Positions 53,518 through 64,000 of a stretch of 64,000 nucleotides of DNA are shown here, one piece after another (position 1 is the first letter of the stretch; every line of letters begins with the position of its first letter). Source of the DNA: Klebsormidium nitens (Eukaryota; Plantae; Klebsormidiophyceae); NCBI GenBank assembly GCA_000708835.1, contig DF237079.1:62001-126000 (forward strand), read 5' to 3'. Made by a program: the position numbers and the translations under genes. The notes beneath the pieces are model-generated. The model was given only the letters and a program-made list of their open reading frames with translations, searched no databases and was not told where the DNA came from.

Positions 53518-55639
53518 ATGGCGGCTGCAATTGCCAGAGCCGCAGGCATCCTGCCAGCGAATGGGGCCGCCCGGGCGGGGATCGAGGGGAGCCGCTATGA
53601 TGGCGGCAATTGCGCGGCGCTTCAGTGCAGACTGGGTGTTCCTGGTCTACCATCTGCAGAGCTCAGGATTGATAACACGCAAAGTCCTGGAGTCAGGCAG
53701 GAAGTAATCAAGCAAAAAAAGGCCCAGGCTTCAGAAAGAGTAAGGCGGAGGCAACGTACCGCAATCATTGCGGCCAGCGGTGGTGCTTCCGTCCCAATTC
53801 AGGGGGGTGGCGATGGGGGCATTGCGGGGGGTGGCGGGAGAGGTAATGGTGGGGGGAGAGGCGGGGATAGAAGCGATGGCAGTGAGTCGGCCGATGGTCC
53901 AAAATCTTCCAATCCGCTCTCTGTGATCCTAGAAGGATGGAAGGAGCGTGTGGAAGCGGACCCCTCCTTCCCATTCAAAGTCCTCACCGAGCAGGTTATT
54001 GGCGTGTCTGCTTCCGTGCTCGGTGACATGGCGGGCCGGCCTAACTTCGGCCTTTCCGAGCTCGATTTCGTGTTCTCAACCATGATCGTTGGATCCATCC
54101 TCAATTTCTCGCTGATGTACCTTTTGGCGCCGACGCTCGCGACGGCGGGGGCCACTACTTTGCCCTGGATCTTCCACAATTGTCCGCCTGGGCACATGTT
54201 TGAGCCGGGCGGCTTCAATCTGCTGCAAAGGAGCGGTAAGATGGACCGAAAAGGTTTACTTTGCTGTCCGATTTTGATCCCCTTTTTCCGCCCTCTTTGT
54301 AAGTGGCAATCGGCGCTGGTTGTTTCAGATCTCAAGCGGCAATTTGCCCTTTTCTGTGATTCTTGGAGTTGGGCGGATTCAATCTGCTGCAAAGGAGCGG
54401 TAAGACGGACCGAAAGCTTCGGTATGCTGTCCGGTCTTGGCTGCCTGGTACTGCCTCTCTTCTCCGGGGGCAATTGGCGCTGATCTTCTCAGATCTTATG
54501 CAATTGCCCTGATCTTGAGATTCTTGGACATTGATTAGCATTCATGGCGCTTCTTCTTATCTGGAAAGTCGCTGCCCTCAGAGATATCTGTCTATGACTC
54601 CAAACCGTGAGACTGCTTCGCACTTTCACTAATTGACAAGCTTCCTGCTTTCCCTTCAATTCCAGGTAGAGCATGCTGGTCTTGGAGGGCTTTTACAATA
54701 TGATCAGCTATCAAGAGGCTAACACACCGTACCTTACCAACGAGAAGTAGGCCCTACTCTTGTTCCCTGACGCAGCTTGTTGCGGTCTCGCAGGGACGTT
54801 CGTTTTCAAGGGCATCCAGTTCGCTGCCATCGGTTTCGCTGCGGGTTTGGTTGGGACAGGGATGACAAACCTGCTGCTGAAGGTGAGCGCCCATACTTTC
54901 CTTGGTGGCGTTATATGGAGCCCATTAATCTGTCCAGAAGAAAGCAATGGGATATGCCAACCTGCATCGAGGACTTTACCGCCGCAAGCTAGAGTCTGAG
55001 TAAAGGAAGGACAATCAAGAAGTGCAGCTCACGGGGATATTGCGATCAAGCCTGGTTGCTGGCTGACGATTAAGTACCGGGTGGCTCCTCTATCAGATCT
55101 CGTTCACAAAAGCCCTCATGAGCCCCAGAAGAGTTTGCATTTGGGCCAGGTCCTTCTTGCTTGCGAGTCAGCCTCTGCTACCTGTAGTCCGAATGTGACC
55201 AACTGTATGGTTCACGTTCTGGATGTCACTTTGCGCAACTAAAGTCTTGGTAAATTTTCAAGAAGTGATCTAGGCCTCAGCCCCTTCGAGCAATGGACCA
55301 GGAGAAGTTGTCCTTTCCGCTGAGGACCCGTTGTTCTTTGACGAATATTCTTTGCTCTGCCGTATGCAGCTGCGAAAGAAGATGGATCCTGACTATGATG
55401 GCAACTCGCCACCCCCCCTCGTGCTCAATGCTGCCACGTGGGCCCTCCACATGGGTCTGTCAAGTAACCTGCGGTACCAGGCTCTCAACGGGCTCGAGTT
55501 CCTCTTGGCCCCAAAGATGAATCCAAGCATCTTCAAGACTGGCGTCTTCCTTTTGCGCACGCTCAATAACGTTGGAGGAGGCGCTTCTTTCTCCATCCTA
55601 GCGAAAATGACAGGGTCCCAAAAAGCAAGAGAGCGGTAG
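53518..55639 (+). CDS. RETICULATA-related chloroplast envelope protein (DUF3411, RER2/3-like), 3 or more exons
   Basis: Transit-peptide-like N-terminus and a Gly-rich linker, then WKERVEADPSFPFKVLTEQVIGV...RPNFGLSELDFVFST. Exons 53518-54235, 54794-54882 and 55370-55639 (LNAATWALHMGLSSNLRYQALNG). A GTAGGT overlapping the stop could be a donor for one more short exon. Confidence 0.9.
54214..54528 (+). repeat. Imperfect 164-bp tandem duplication spanning the RER exon 1 / intron 1 junction
   Basis: TTCAATCTGCTGCAAAGGAGCGGTAAGA occurs at 54214 and again at 54378. Further shared blocks follow (GGACCGAAA, TGCTGTCCG, GGCAAT.GGCGCTG, TCAGATCT, GATTCTTGGA). Confidence 0.9.
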
Positions 55640-56813
55640 GTAGAGCTCGACCTGTAGTTCGAGGAATCTTCAGACGTTTGGTGAAACAGCGAGCCTGCCC
55701 TGTGTTTGAAATAAGGTCGTGAGGTTTATTGATTACGTCACAGGTTCTTGCCTGGCCATTGATGGGCCTCAACCATCAACGTCGATTGGTGGTTGCCACA
55801 TGCAAATTCAAGGTTATGCCGCGTGGTTGACTAGAGGGATAGCAGCCCATTCCGTAGTGCACCGGTGCGCACGGGCGGCCCAGATTTTCCTCTCTTCGAC
55901 TGTGGTACAGGTCATGACTACAATTAAGCGCATCATTAGAAGGTGTGAATGTGAACTGCAACGTATGTTAGTCGGTGTAGTGACTGCGCGCAAAAGTACG
56001 CGTGGCCAGCCAATTGCGATCTATTGCATGCCAATGTCGCGGTAACATTGAACTGGCAAACCCGGGCGGCGGCGGCCATGGTCAGAATTTAAAGCCCTAT
56101 GATCTGATGTAACCTGCACCTAGCTATACTATAAGCGCGTGGCTGCAGTGTCAATCTCACGCGACGGCGGGGACGAAAACTAGCATATGTTGACCCGGAC
56201 GTACAGCGCCATGTGTGCACAGATGCACTCGACCATCATTGCATGCGTGTCAAAAAATGTAGTTAAGGCGGCTGTCACTATGGTGGCCGCTGCCGCACAC
56301 ACTCACGAGCTGGGCCCGGCCCGGCACGGGTCATGCATAAGAGCAGACAAGTACGTCCCGGCGACTGGGGCTATCGTTGTGATTGGGTGTGAACTTAATT
56401 TGTCACGAACGTTCCGCATGCAATCTCATTGCGAGAAATTTGTATGGCGCCATATCGACGCCGACATGCCAATTTGTATCTGATCTGCAACGTGCCTCAA
56501 TTGAATATCTCTGCAACTATCCAACTGATAGTTTAGTATTCCTCAATTGGAATCCAGGATATCCTCCAACCAGAATAGGAGTGGCGTTGTCAGCGAGGAG
56601 CATGGCTCAAGCTTAGCATGACCGTGTAAGGGACTGTGAGATTTTGTAACCGTCCGATTTTCGTGTAATTCAATGCAACGCCCCTACGTCTAAGCATTTC
56701 CATGCTGAGTCGGAGCAAAAGAATTTAACGAAAGGCTCAAGACGCGTCGAAATTATGCACCATAGCTTCTCGTTGATCTCGTGGTCAGAAAACTTCTTTA
56801 TAAGTGGCTCAAA

Positions 56814-59800
56814 TCAGTGCTGTGCTAGCCTCTCCCTTGACTCCTGGCTAACGAGCCCCAAAGCATTGGCGATGGCCCGAGTGGCGGCGATCATTGCGAT
56901 GCCGCTGTTGAGTTTGTTGATGGCGGAGCCCACTCCCTGAACGATCCATGCAAGACGCGGTCAGTGAGGAGCAGTCACGCTCGCTGCAAACCTTAACGGT
57001 ACGAAAAGCACACACGACAGGATTAACCCGAACGATTCCTGCACTTTCTCACGCATCATCGAAGCAATCGGCTGCATTTCTCCTACCGTCGATCTAGATA
57101 TTGCGGACTTGTTTCTGATGACCAAGCTAGTCGTGGCAGTCTTAGCCAAGGCGCTGAGCTTAAGCCTGCGGCTGTTCTCGCTGGGCCGTGTATCCAAAGA
57201 AAGATAAGAATCAGGCGTCCGTCAGCATCTGCCGAAAAGCGGAAAGAGGCACTCACGACACCCGCGGCCCCTGCGGCAATTGCCATTGATGCCGTCACGT
57301 CGCTGATCCCGGAGGCGCACATGACAGGAATCGACACAGCCCGCGAGATGGAGTATGCGGCCGCAAGTGTTGGGGAAGCCTGCAACCCAGAAGTCCGTAG
57401 ATTGGAATTAGAGTGGATCAACTTGGATGCTCTGCTTGTCAAAGGGCCAATCACATGGATAGAAGAGTCCACCAATGAACAGTCTTCGTCTCTAAGCTGT
57501 CCCAACGCCAGAATTACGAATCACAGGAACTTTAACGGGCACTTGGAATAAGCACTTTGTTTGCGGGTTAGCCGGTACACCGAGAGGGTTTCGGTCGGAT
57601 TCTGAAGTGAATCTTATAAGGTGCCCACCTTCTCGATCATGCCCGCGACTCCGGCCTGGGTCGGGGCGGAGCTGACGCCACCCTCCGTCTGGATGATGTC
57701 GGCGCCCGCGTTTTCTAGGAGCTCCGCCAGGTGTACCTGCAAGGGAACGGGGCAGAACGTTTCGGCCACAAGAATACGCACGTCACCGGCAGATGTAAAG
57801 AGCGTGAAGTGACACGTATTCGTCATTGCACAAAAATGGCGCTGTTTTGCAACGACTGTCGCACGTAACTTTTCGGTGTGAATCATCCTTACGGACGTTT
57901 GAGCCAAACCAAGGGCGGCTAACATGAGGTCCGACTTCGGTGCACGAACAAACAGCCAGGATCTCGTAGCTCGCAACATAGACAAGAGACGTCAGTCCGC
58001 TGGCCAATTTGACGCAACCAAGCGAAGGTTACTTTGCTGTTCTAAAATCAGCGCTCATGAGATGTTTGACAACGTTTTGTTTCCGAACGTCAACCCAAAA
58101 CCTGACAAAGCAGCGGGGCCTGAGAAGACTCGAGTGCTCCTTGTGTTGAGCAATCTTCCTTCGAGTTAAGACGAGCCCAACGTGCAGGAGATGAGAAATA
58201 TCGATGTTACATCTGACGTCCTTTTTGAGAAAGTCTGCAAGTATTTCGCTTAGCTAGCATTTCAATACAAAGACTAGCCTCTCGACCAATCAAAAGGCTT
58301 ACGTATTTGTCTTCAAGAAGTTCATAGCATATGCTTCTTTGCACAACTGAGTTGTCTCACCTGGTCTGGCAGAGGGAGGGTGTGGGGCACGGTCACAGAG
58401 AGCGGGATGGTCGGCAATAGCTGCCTCGTTCTTCTCGTCAACGCCAACACCTGCAGAAGTGATGAACTCCGGGTTGCAGAGGAGAACCTCTTCTGACACA
58501 GCGGAAGTACTGGCGTTTGCCAAGCATGACAATCGAGAGCCTAAGAGATTGGGAGGATCTCGAGGCTGCTTCACATGGAATCTATATGACCAGGACAAGC
58601 TTCGAGCAGGAATGCGCAACATTTGACAGATATAAAGTCCTTCTGAAACAGCTCTTGGTTAATTGAGAGGTTTGTGACGCGCTTGACAAGATTTCTAGAA
58701 GCTAATCAGCTGCTTTTCCTAAAAACGAAGAGAATTGACGGATTCGCCCTCCTGACTGACCTCCTCAGCATCGAAGGTACGGCCCTCAGCATAGAACGGG
58801 TCGTAGTTCCCAATCTCGACCTGGAAAGAAAGTCGAGAGATTTGCGCATCAACTTTGAAGACGTGCTTCTTGGCATCGAGTCCCGATGTGCCATAATCCT
58901 TGCAGCCGGCCAACCGCAGCCGGTCATCAATTATCGACGATATCAAAACCTTTCATGTCGGAATAACCTGTACTGAAGGAAGACTCGTGTGCCTTGAACA
59001 AACATGAAGCCTTGTTCTGAACGGGCTCATAGTGGAAACCCTTGTCAACCTTTTAAATGCAGAGAGTGCAGATTGATATGGCTAGAATCTGCGGAGCTTG
59101 GGATTATTGCAACCTGTCAATATTTGCAATTTTCAGATGTTTCCACATAAGTCCTTACATCACACAGCGCCATCCCGCAAAGTCTTGTCTGTCTGAGCAG
59201 GCTTTGTGTTGGCTTCCAAGCAAATCACGAAATGGCAAAAGAATCAAGCTTCTCAGAACAGTGGCCTGAGACCATACCATGGTGGCACCCGCCGCAACAG
59301 CAGGTACGAAGAGTTCGGGCTCAACTGCGGAGACGCAGACCTACAAGAAAGAAGCCACACACATGACATGTGAGCCACGGAACGCTTTGCGCAGTAAGCT
59401 GATGCTCTTTGTCTTGGCCAAGACGGATCCGGGCAGTCAGAACGAAAGAACAGGAAGTGTTCTTACAGTTTGCGAACTCGGACAGCCTTACAAAACGACA
59501 GTCGGTTGATTGGGAGGTGTGATTGCTGAAAGACAGCCCTAGAGCAGATTGGAGCAAAAGACCAAGCTCTTTGTCCAGCTTCAAACGATGATGACACAGA
59601 GACAACTACAATGAGGCAAACATGCAACAATATCCTTGCCGCCGGTATATGGACAACATTCCGGACTCACCGGAACGCTTGTGAGGCTGCAGGCCAGCTT
59701 CACTAGCTCAGGATCGCAGGCGATGTCAACGTGTGTAGCACCACCCTGAGGGGAGGAAGGAAAACCTTAGCACAGGTATCAGGAATCATTATACAAGTTA

Positions 59801-61061
59801 GTTAGTGGACACCGGTGAGTTTTTTGTGTGTGAGGATATGAACGGGAGGATTGAGGAATGCATCGCAGCTGCGGCCTAGCGATTGCACCACCACAATTCG
59901 CGCATTACTACAAGAAGGCAGTACTGATCGGGCGCTTCCATCAATGAGCTGGTACTTACAGGACGGGTTCAAATAGAACTAGTATTCTGGGACTGGCTTC
60001 ATGAACAGCATTGTTAAGACGGCAACAGCGAGGTGTTGGGATTTAGGGAGGCCTTTGCGATCAGTGTTTGTTCGGGGAACACCAAGACCAGAGTTTTGCA
60101 CATGTCGTTAACGGCGTTCTTGGCCTCCAGTCCCCAGTACTAATAATCTTCCTTGATGACCGGAAAGCTCTCGGAAGGTGGTTGGACAACTTTGCCCCAG
60201 GAAGAAATGCGCACCTGCTCAGCCGCAGCCACAATCTCCGCCACATTCTCCCGGTTAAAGTTCTTCAGTCCCGCGATAACCTGAACCGAAGTGGGTGAAT
60301 TAAACGGTTTCATTATTGATTGCATGAAAGCTGACAACAAGCTCAAAATGTAGTTTCATTGCTTCAGGCTAACCTAAAGCTGCAGCGGGTAAAAGCTCTC
60401 AGAAAAGTCTCCCGGAAGACTGATGAGGTGCAAAGGCGGCAATGTGGTCTTCTGCTCTGTCCATTTATACACGAGGTTTTCTCTTGATGCCGCGAATCAA
60501 AGTGGTCACGCACAATTGGGTGGTCAAAACAGTAGAGTTGCACATTTTCGCACGTCATGCAGACAGCCTTACACCAACCTAAGGAGTACTGCAGTGTCTG
60601 AAAAGATGGGAGAAAAAGGATATTCTGCTTTCACCATTACCAAGCGTAGCACAAGCAAGTGCCCACTGTGTGTCTGAATTGTTTGTCTTCGGTTGGATAA
60701 GTGAGATAACTGCAAGAGGTTCTGGAGACTCGGTTCTTTCTCGCAGCATTGCAGTGACACCCTTGGCGGCAGAAGACAACCACCACTGATACATCATCAA
60801 CAAAATTCCCGGGTTGTTGCTTGCCTTGAAAGCCTTCTTCTCAGCAAACGGCCGAAGGACGTCCTGCCTCGACGGAGCATCGGCCTGCCCCGCTGACGCA
60901 GCCACATTGAGCCTGCGCAATTGGCTGATCTTCTTGATCGTCGGCGCTGGGCAGACTCTGCATCCTGCGATGCTCTGAGAGGAGCATAGGGATGCGTCGG
61001 AGACGCGAGCGAGGCTGCTGGCAGCAGAGAGAGCCTGGGTGGTCGCTGCAGAGGCCGCCAT
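56814..61061 (-). CDS. ycf23: Nuclear-encoded, plastid-targeted Ycf23 (DUF561) protein, 9 exons
   Basis: Ser/Ala-rich transit peptide. Exons 61061-60825, 60280-60215 (VIAGLKNF), 59745-59671 (GGATHVDIACDPELV), 59340-59278, 58820-58761 (EIGNYDPFY), 58450-58361 (LSVTVPHTLPLPDQ), 57736-57629 (GADIIQTEGG), 57379-57257 and 56936-56814 (GVGSAINKLN). Intron 1 is GC-AG. Confidence 0.92.
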
Positions 61062-61697
61062 TGTGGATCTGTGCGTCCAATCTTACAAATGCTGGTACGC
61101 GATCTTGCGTGTGGAAAAAGATATTTCGAAGTGGAAATTTGGCACTTTTTGACGTCATCAAAAGTGACATCAGAGGCCTTGCGCGTCATGAGGTTGGAAT
61201 TTGCGAAACACCAGCCTCGCGGAGCGAATTCAAAGAGCTCCTAAAACAGGGCCTACCGTGCCAAGTGGAGCTTCAAGGAAGGCATGGAGGCAGCTTCTCT
61301 GCCTGTTTCACCCACTTTCAAGTTTCATCCGCAAGGTGATTCAATTCCAAGAAAATCTGAAGGTTCCTTTGATTTCCAAATTGCAATGCTGCTGCGTGCC
61401 TGTAGCTAGGGAGGCGCTCTCATCCTATTTAGGTTGTGTGAAGGGGACCTCGCTTCAGAGCAAAAGAGTTTGTTTCATGAGTGCAGAGTATTGTTGCGCA
61501 TGAATCAAGCTCGTTGAAGTTTAGAAGAAATCTAGAAGGTGGTCGTGCGGATGAATGTTTGTTAAAAGCTCAGAAGTTTTAAGCTCAGGACACGCAACCT
61601 GCAACTGAAACAACTGGTCTTCGACAAGCTCAAAGGAAACCCAAAGTCTCTTGAAAGTTGGCCATTGTGTACCGCAGTGGTGCATGCAGCAGCAATC

Positions 61698-64000
61698 ATG
61701 ACAGGGTCTGGAGACAACGAGCTGCCCTCAGTGAAGACTTCCGACCTCTTTGCCCGTGCTTTGGAAAATGAAGGAATCAAGTATATCTTTGGTGAGCAGC
61801 TGTCACTCAGCTCAGCCAGGGGACAGTTAGGACATCAGCATACAACTAAAAGGGCATGCTTTCTCAGTAATGCAGTAAAAAGAAAGGGTTTTGAATGAAG
61901 GCAGGTTTGACATTCCTTCTTGCAAGTAAGTTGTAGAATTTTATTGTTTGATAAGTGTAGGACTGGGTGTCACTTGACTGAGAGTATGCATCGCTAGCAT
62001 TTTTGAGGCCCAAGGTGAAGTTCCTGTCAATGCAGTGACTTCGCAAGGCGAGAAGTACCCATTTTCACCCCGCAGCATCTTCCAAATTTATCAAGAGAAA
62101 GAGTGACAAGACGTTTGGAGTCTGCTCTATCATGGGATGGACGACCTGCACTATTGTGACCCTGGTCAACCGTCTCCTCAATCTCACTTCCTTGGCAGCC
62201 ACTTCATGCAGGAAACTACAAACAACTCAAAATTCAAAGTGAAGTCCTTTTCCTCCTTTTTCTTTTTCAGGCATCCCTGGGGAGGAGAATCTGGACTTCC
62301 TCAACTCTCTCAAGGATTCCAAAATCCAACTTGTCCTGACACGCCATGAACAGGCCGCGGGCTTCATGGCTGCCACAGTTGGCCGCATCACTGGCAAGTG
62401 CGGAGTGGCGCTTTCCACCCTAGGGCCCGGTGCTACCAACTTTGCGACGGCGGCGGCATATGCTCAACTAGCGGGGTTTCCCATGCTGATGATCACAGGG
62501 CAGAAACCGATTAGGCAGAGCAAGCAGGTGAGTTAACAAGGATAAAACTTGTTAACTAAACTCCATCAATGTGGCACTAACCTGGGTTTAAAAGGGGAGA
62601 GGGTGACGAAGGAGGTACTGGTTTGACGATGGTGAAAGCAGACCTCTTCTTCTAGTGGCTGAGCTTTTGTACAACCGCCACTGGATTCTCAGGTTCTCTG
62701 GCCCTGGTCGGACACTAGCAGGCAATTGATTTGTGAGGAATTCGGTCAAGCATGGAGCTTGAGTCGGTTCCAGTATCTTAACACAGAACTAAGTTTGTTA
62801 GGCGACATATTCGGCTTTTGACTTCACCAAAGCCTTTTTCTCAAAGCTTGCCTGATGGCACATGCCAAGGTTTACGGTGCCTACGTAGTGTTTGAAACTT
62901 CAAAGACTTCACCAATAAGATAGCCACAGGTGCGTCACCTGTACACAGGTTACTTGTCAAATGGGGTCATGCCTGAAGTGATTTCTCTTCTCTTTGGTAC
63001 CAATAGCCATTTCATGTAAGAGATGCCATAGTTATTAATGGGGTCCTTTTGGATGTTGGAACAGGTGCAAACTGAGAATAAGAACTCTGATTACAGTGCT
63101 CAAGTGCTCTGAATGCTTGACTCCCCTGCATTCTAGGTCAAAAACACATCCCAAGTACCTTCTGTCTTGACTTCTTGTTCCTCTTTATGTTTGCAGGGCT
63201 CGTTCCAAATTGTGGAGATTGTGGATCTGATGAAGCAGGTGACGAAGGTGAGAAGAGGTTCTCTGCTCCTGTTCTTGAGCTCAACGATTCTATGGTTGGA
63301 TCTGAGGACTATCTAGTCCCAGCTTCATACTGTCAATACGAGATGGAAGAATTCCTGGTCTGCATACTGAAAAGGTCCTGTGAAAATTGTGACTTTGAAA
63401 CCCAGTAACTGCTCCGTAGTGAAAGTCCGGACTCAGGAAATGGTGATTCAATCGCAAGTTGCCCTTTCGCCCTGATGTGCCCCATGCAGATCAGATCCTT
63501 CTAAATACCGCGTGTTTTTGCTGATGGGATTGCATTGTCCGCCCTAAGAAATAGCAACTCGTTTCAATACCTGACACCTATTCCTTTTGATCCCTCAAGT
63601 GTTTCAAGTTCGGTTTTTCAAGTCTGTCTTCATGCACGCTTTCTACGTTCTGCCACTGACACATGCAAAACTACAGCTGTCAGTGTGAGCCTCATACTTC
63701 CTTCGTCAGCTACAAATCGGGCCTGTACTCTGCAGAAAGATAATACATTTTCATTGCCAAAGACTCCGCAAATTCTGAAGCAAGTCGGTGACGGCGACCT
63801 TGCCCCGTTGCTCGTGTGCAAGTCCATCCGCGTTGCCAAGTAAAAGCACCCCGAGGCGGTCCAACTAGAACAGAATTAGATTTTGAGCTTTTGTGCATGA
63901 GTCTCCAGCTTTGCGCCTCCCATCGCTCCGCAGTTCACGAAGCAGATAGCGGACGGCGATCGCGTGCCGTCGCTCGTGCGCGAGTCCATTCCTGTCGCCA
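61698..64000 (+). CDS. Bacterial-type thiamine-diphosphate enzyme of the acetolactate synthase large-subunit family (partial, runs off the window end)
   Basis: Exons 61698-61791 (SDLFARALENEGIKYIF), 62271-62527 (GIPGEENLD...LTRHEQAAGFMA...STLGPGATN...ITGQKPIRQSKQ), 63197-63247 (GSFQIVEIVDLMKQVTK) and 63934-64000+ (FTKQIADGDRVPSLVRE). An optional upstream exon 61284-61335 splices in frame at 61678 and adds 24 aa. Confidence 0.9.
63764..63841 (+). pseudogene. Diverged duplicate of ALS-like exon 4 inside intron 3
   Basis: ILKQVGDGDLAPLLVCKSIRVA aligns without gaps to FTKQIADGDRVPSLVRESIPVA (11/22 identical), 162 bp upstream. The acceptor CTCCGCAG has become CTCCGCAA, and a GTAAAA donor remains at 63840. 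Confidence 0.75.

Overview
This is eukaryotic nuclear DNA, intron-rich with GT-AG introns and one assembly gap (43430-43967). The gene set (NAC factor, RETICULATA-related, CML21-like, CLB1/SYT7-like, nuclear ycf23) and the intron style suggest a streptophyte green alga such as Klebsormidium; this is an inference. I rebuilt spliced models by hand from splice sites and remembered family motifs. The window holds 15 protein genes: a GNAT tail (partial), a zinc-finger/NAC fusion, RFC3, a PFA-DSP phosphatase, tubulin cofactor B, a HicB-like ORF, an SMP-C2 synaptotagmin-like protein, a 4-EF-hand CML, a reticulon, SEN2, a GIGYF/EXA1-like GYF protein, a BAP31-like protein, RER (DUF3411), ycf23 (DUF561), and a bacterial-type ThDP enzyme annotated ALS-like (partial). 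Twelve of them form six head-to-head pairs. There is also one Harbinger/Tourist-like MITE. The most unusual items are (1) an intronless bacterial HicB-antitoxin-like gene ending in a PTS1-like SRL, (2) a NAC domain preceded by three C-x4-C-x14/16-C-x3-H fingers, (3) a bacterial-type ALS/2-oxoacid-decarboxylase gene with no obvious transit peptide and a duplicated exon, and (4) a synaptotagmin-like protein that appears to replace its transmembrane anchor with an acylation motif. No homology searches were run. Family calls are from recalled motifs, and exon borders may be off by a few bases. The supplied ORF track uses TTG/GTG starts, so some of its initial Met residues are not real.
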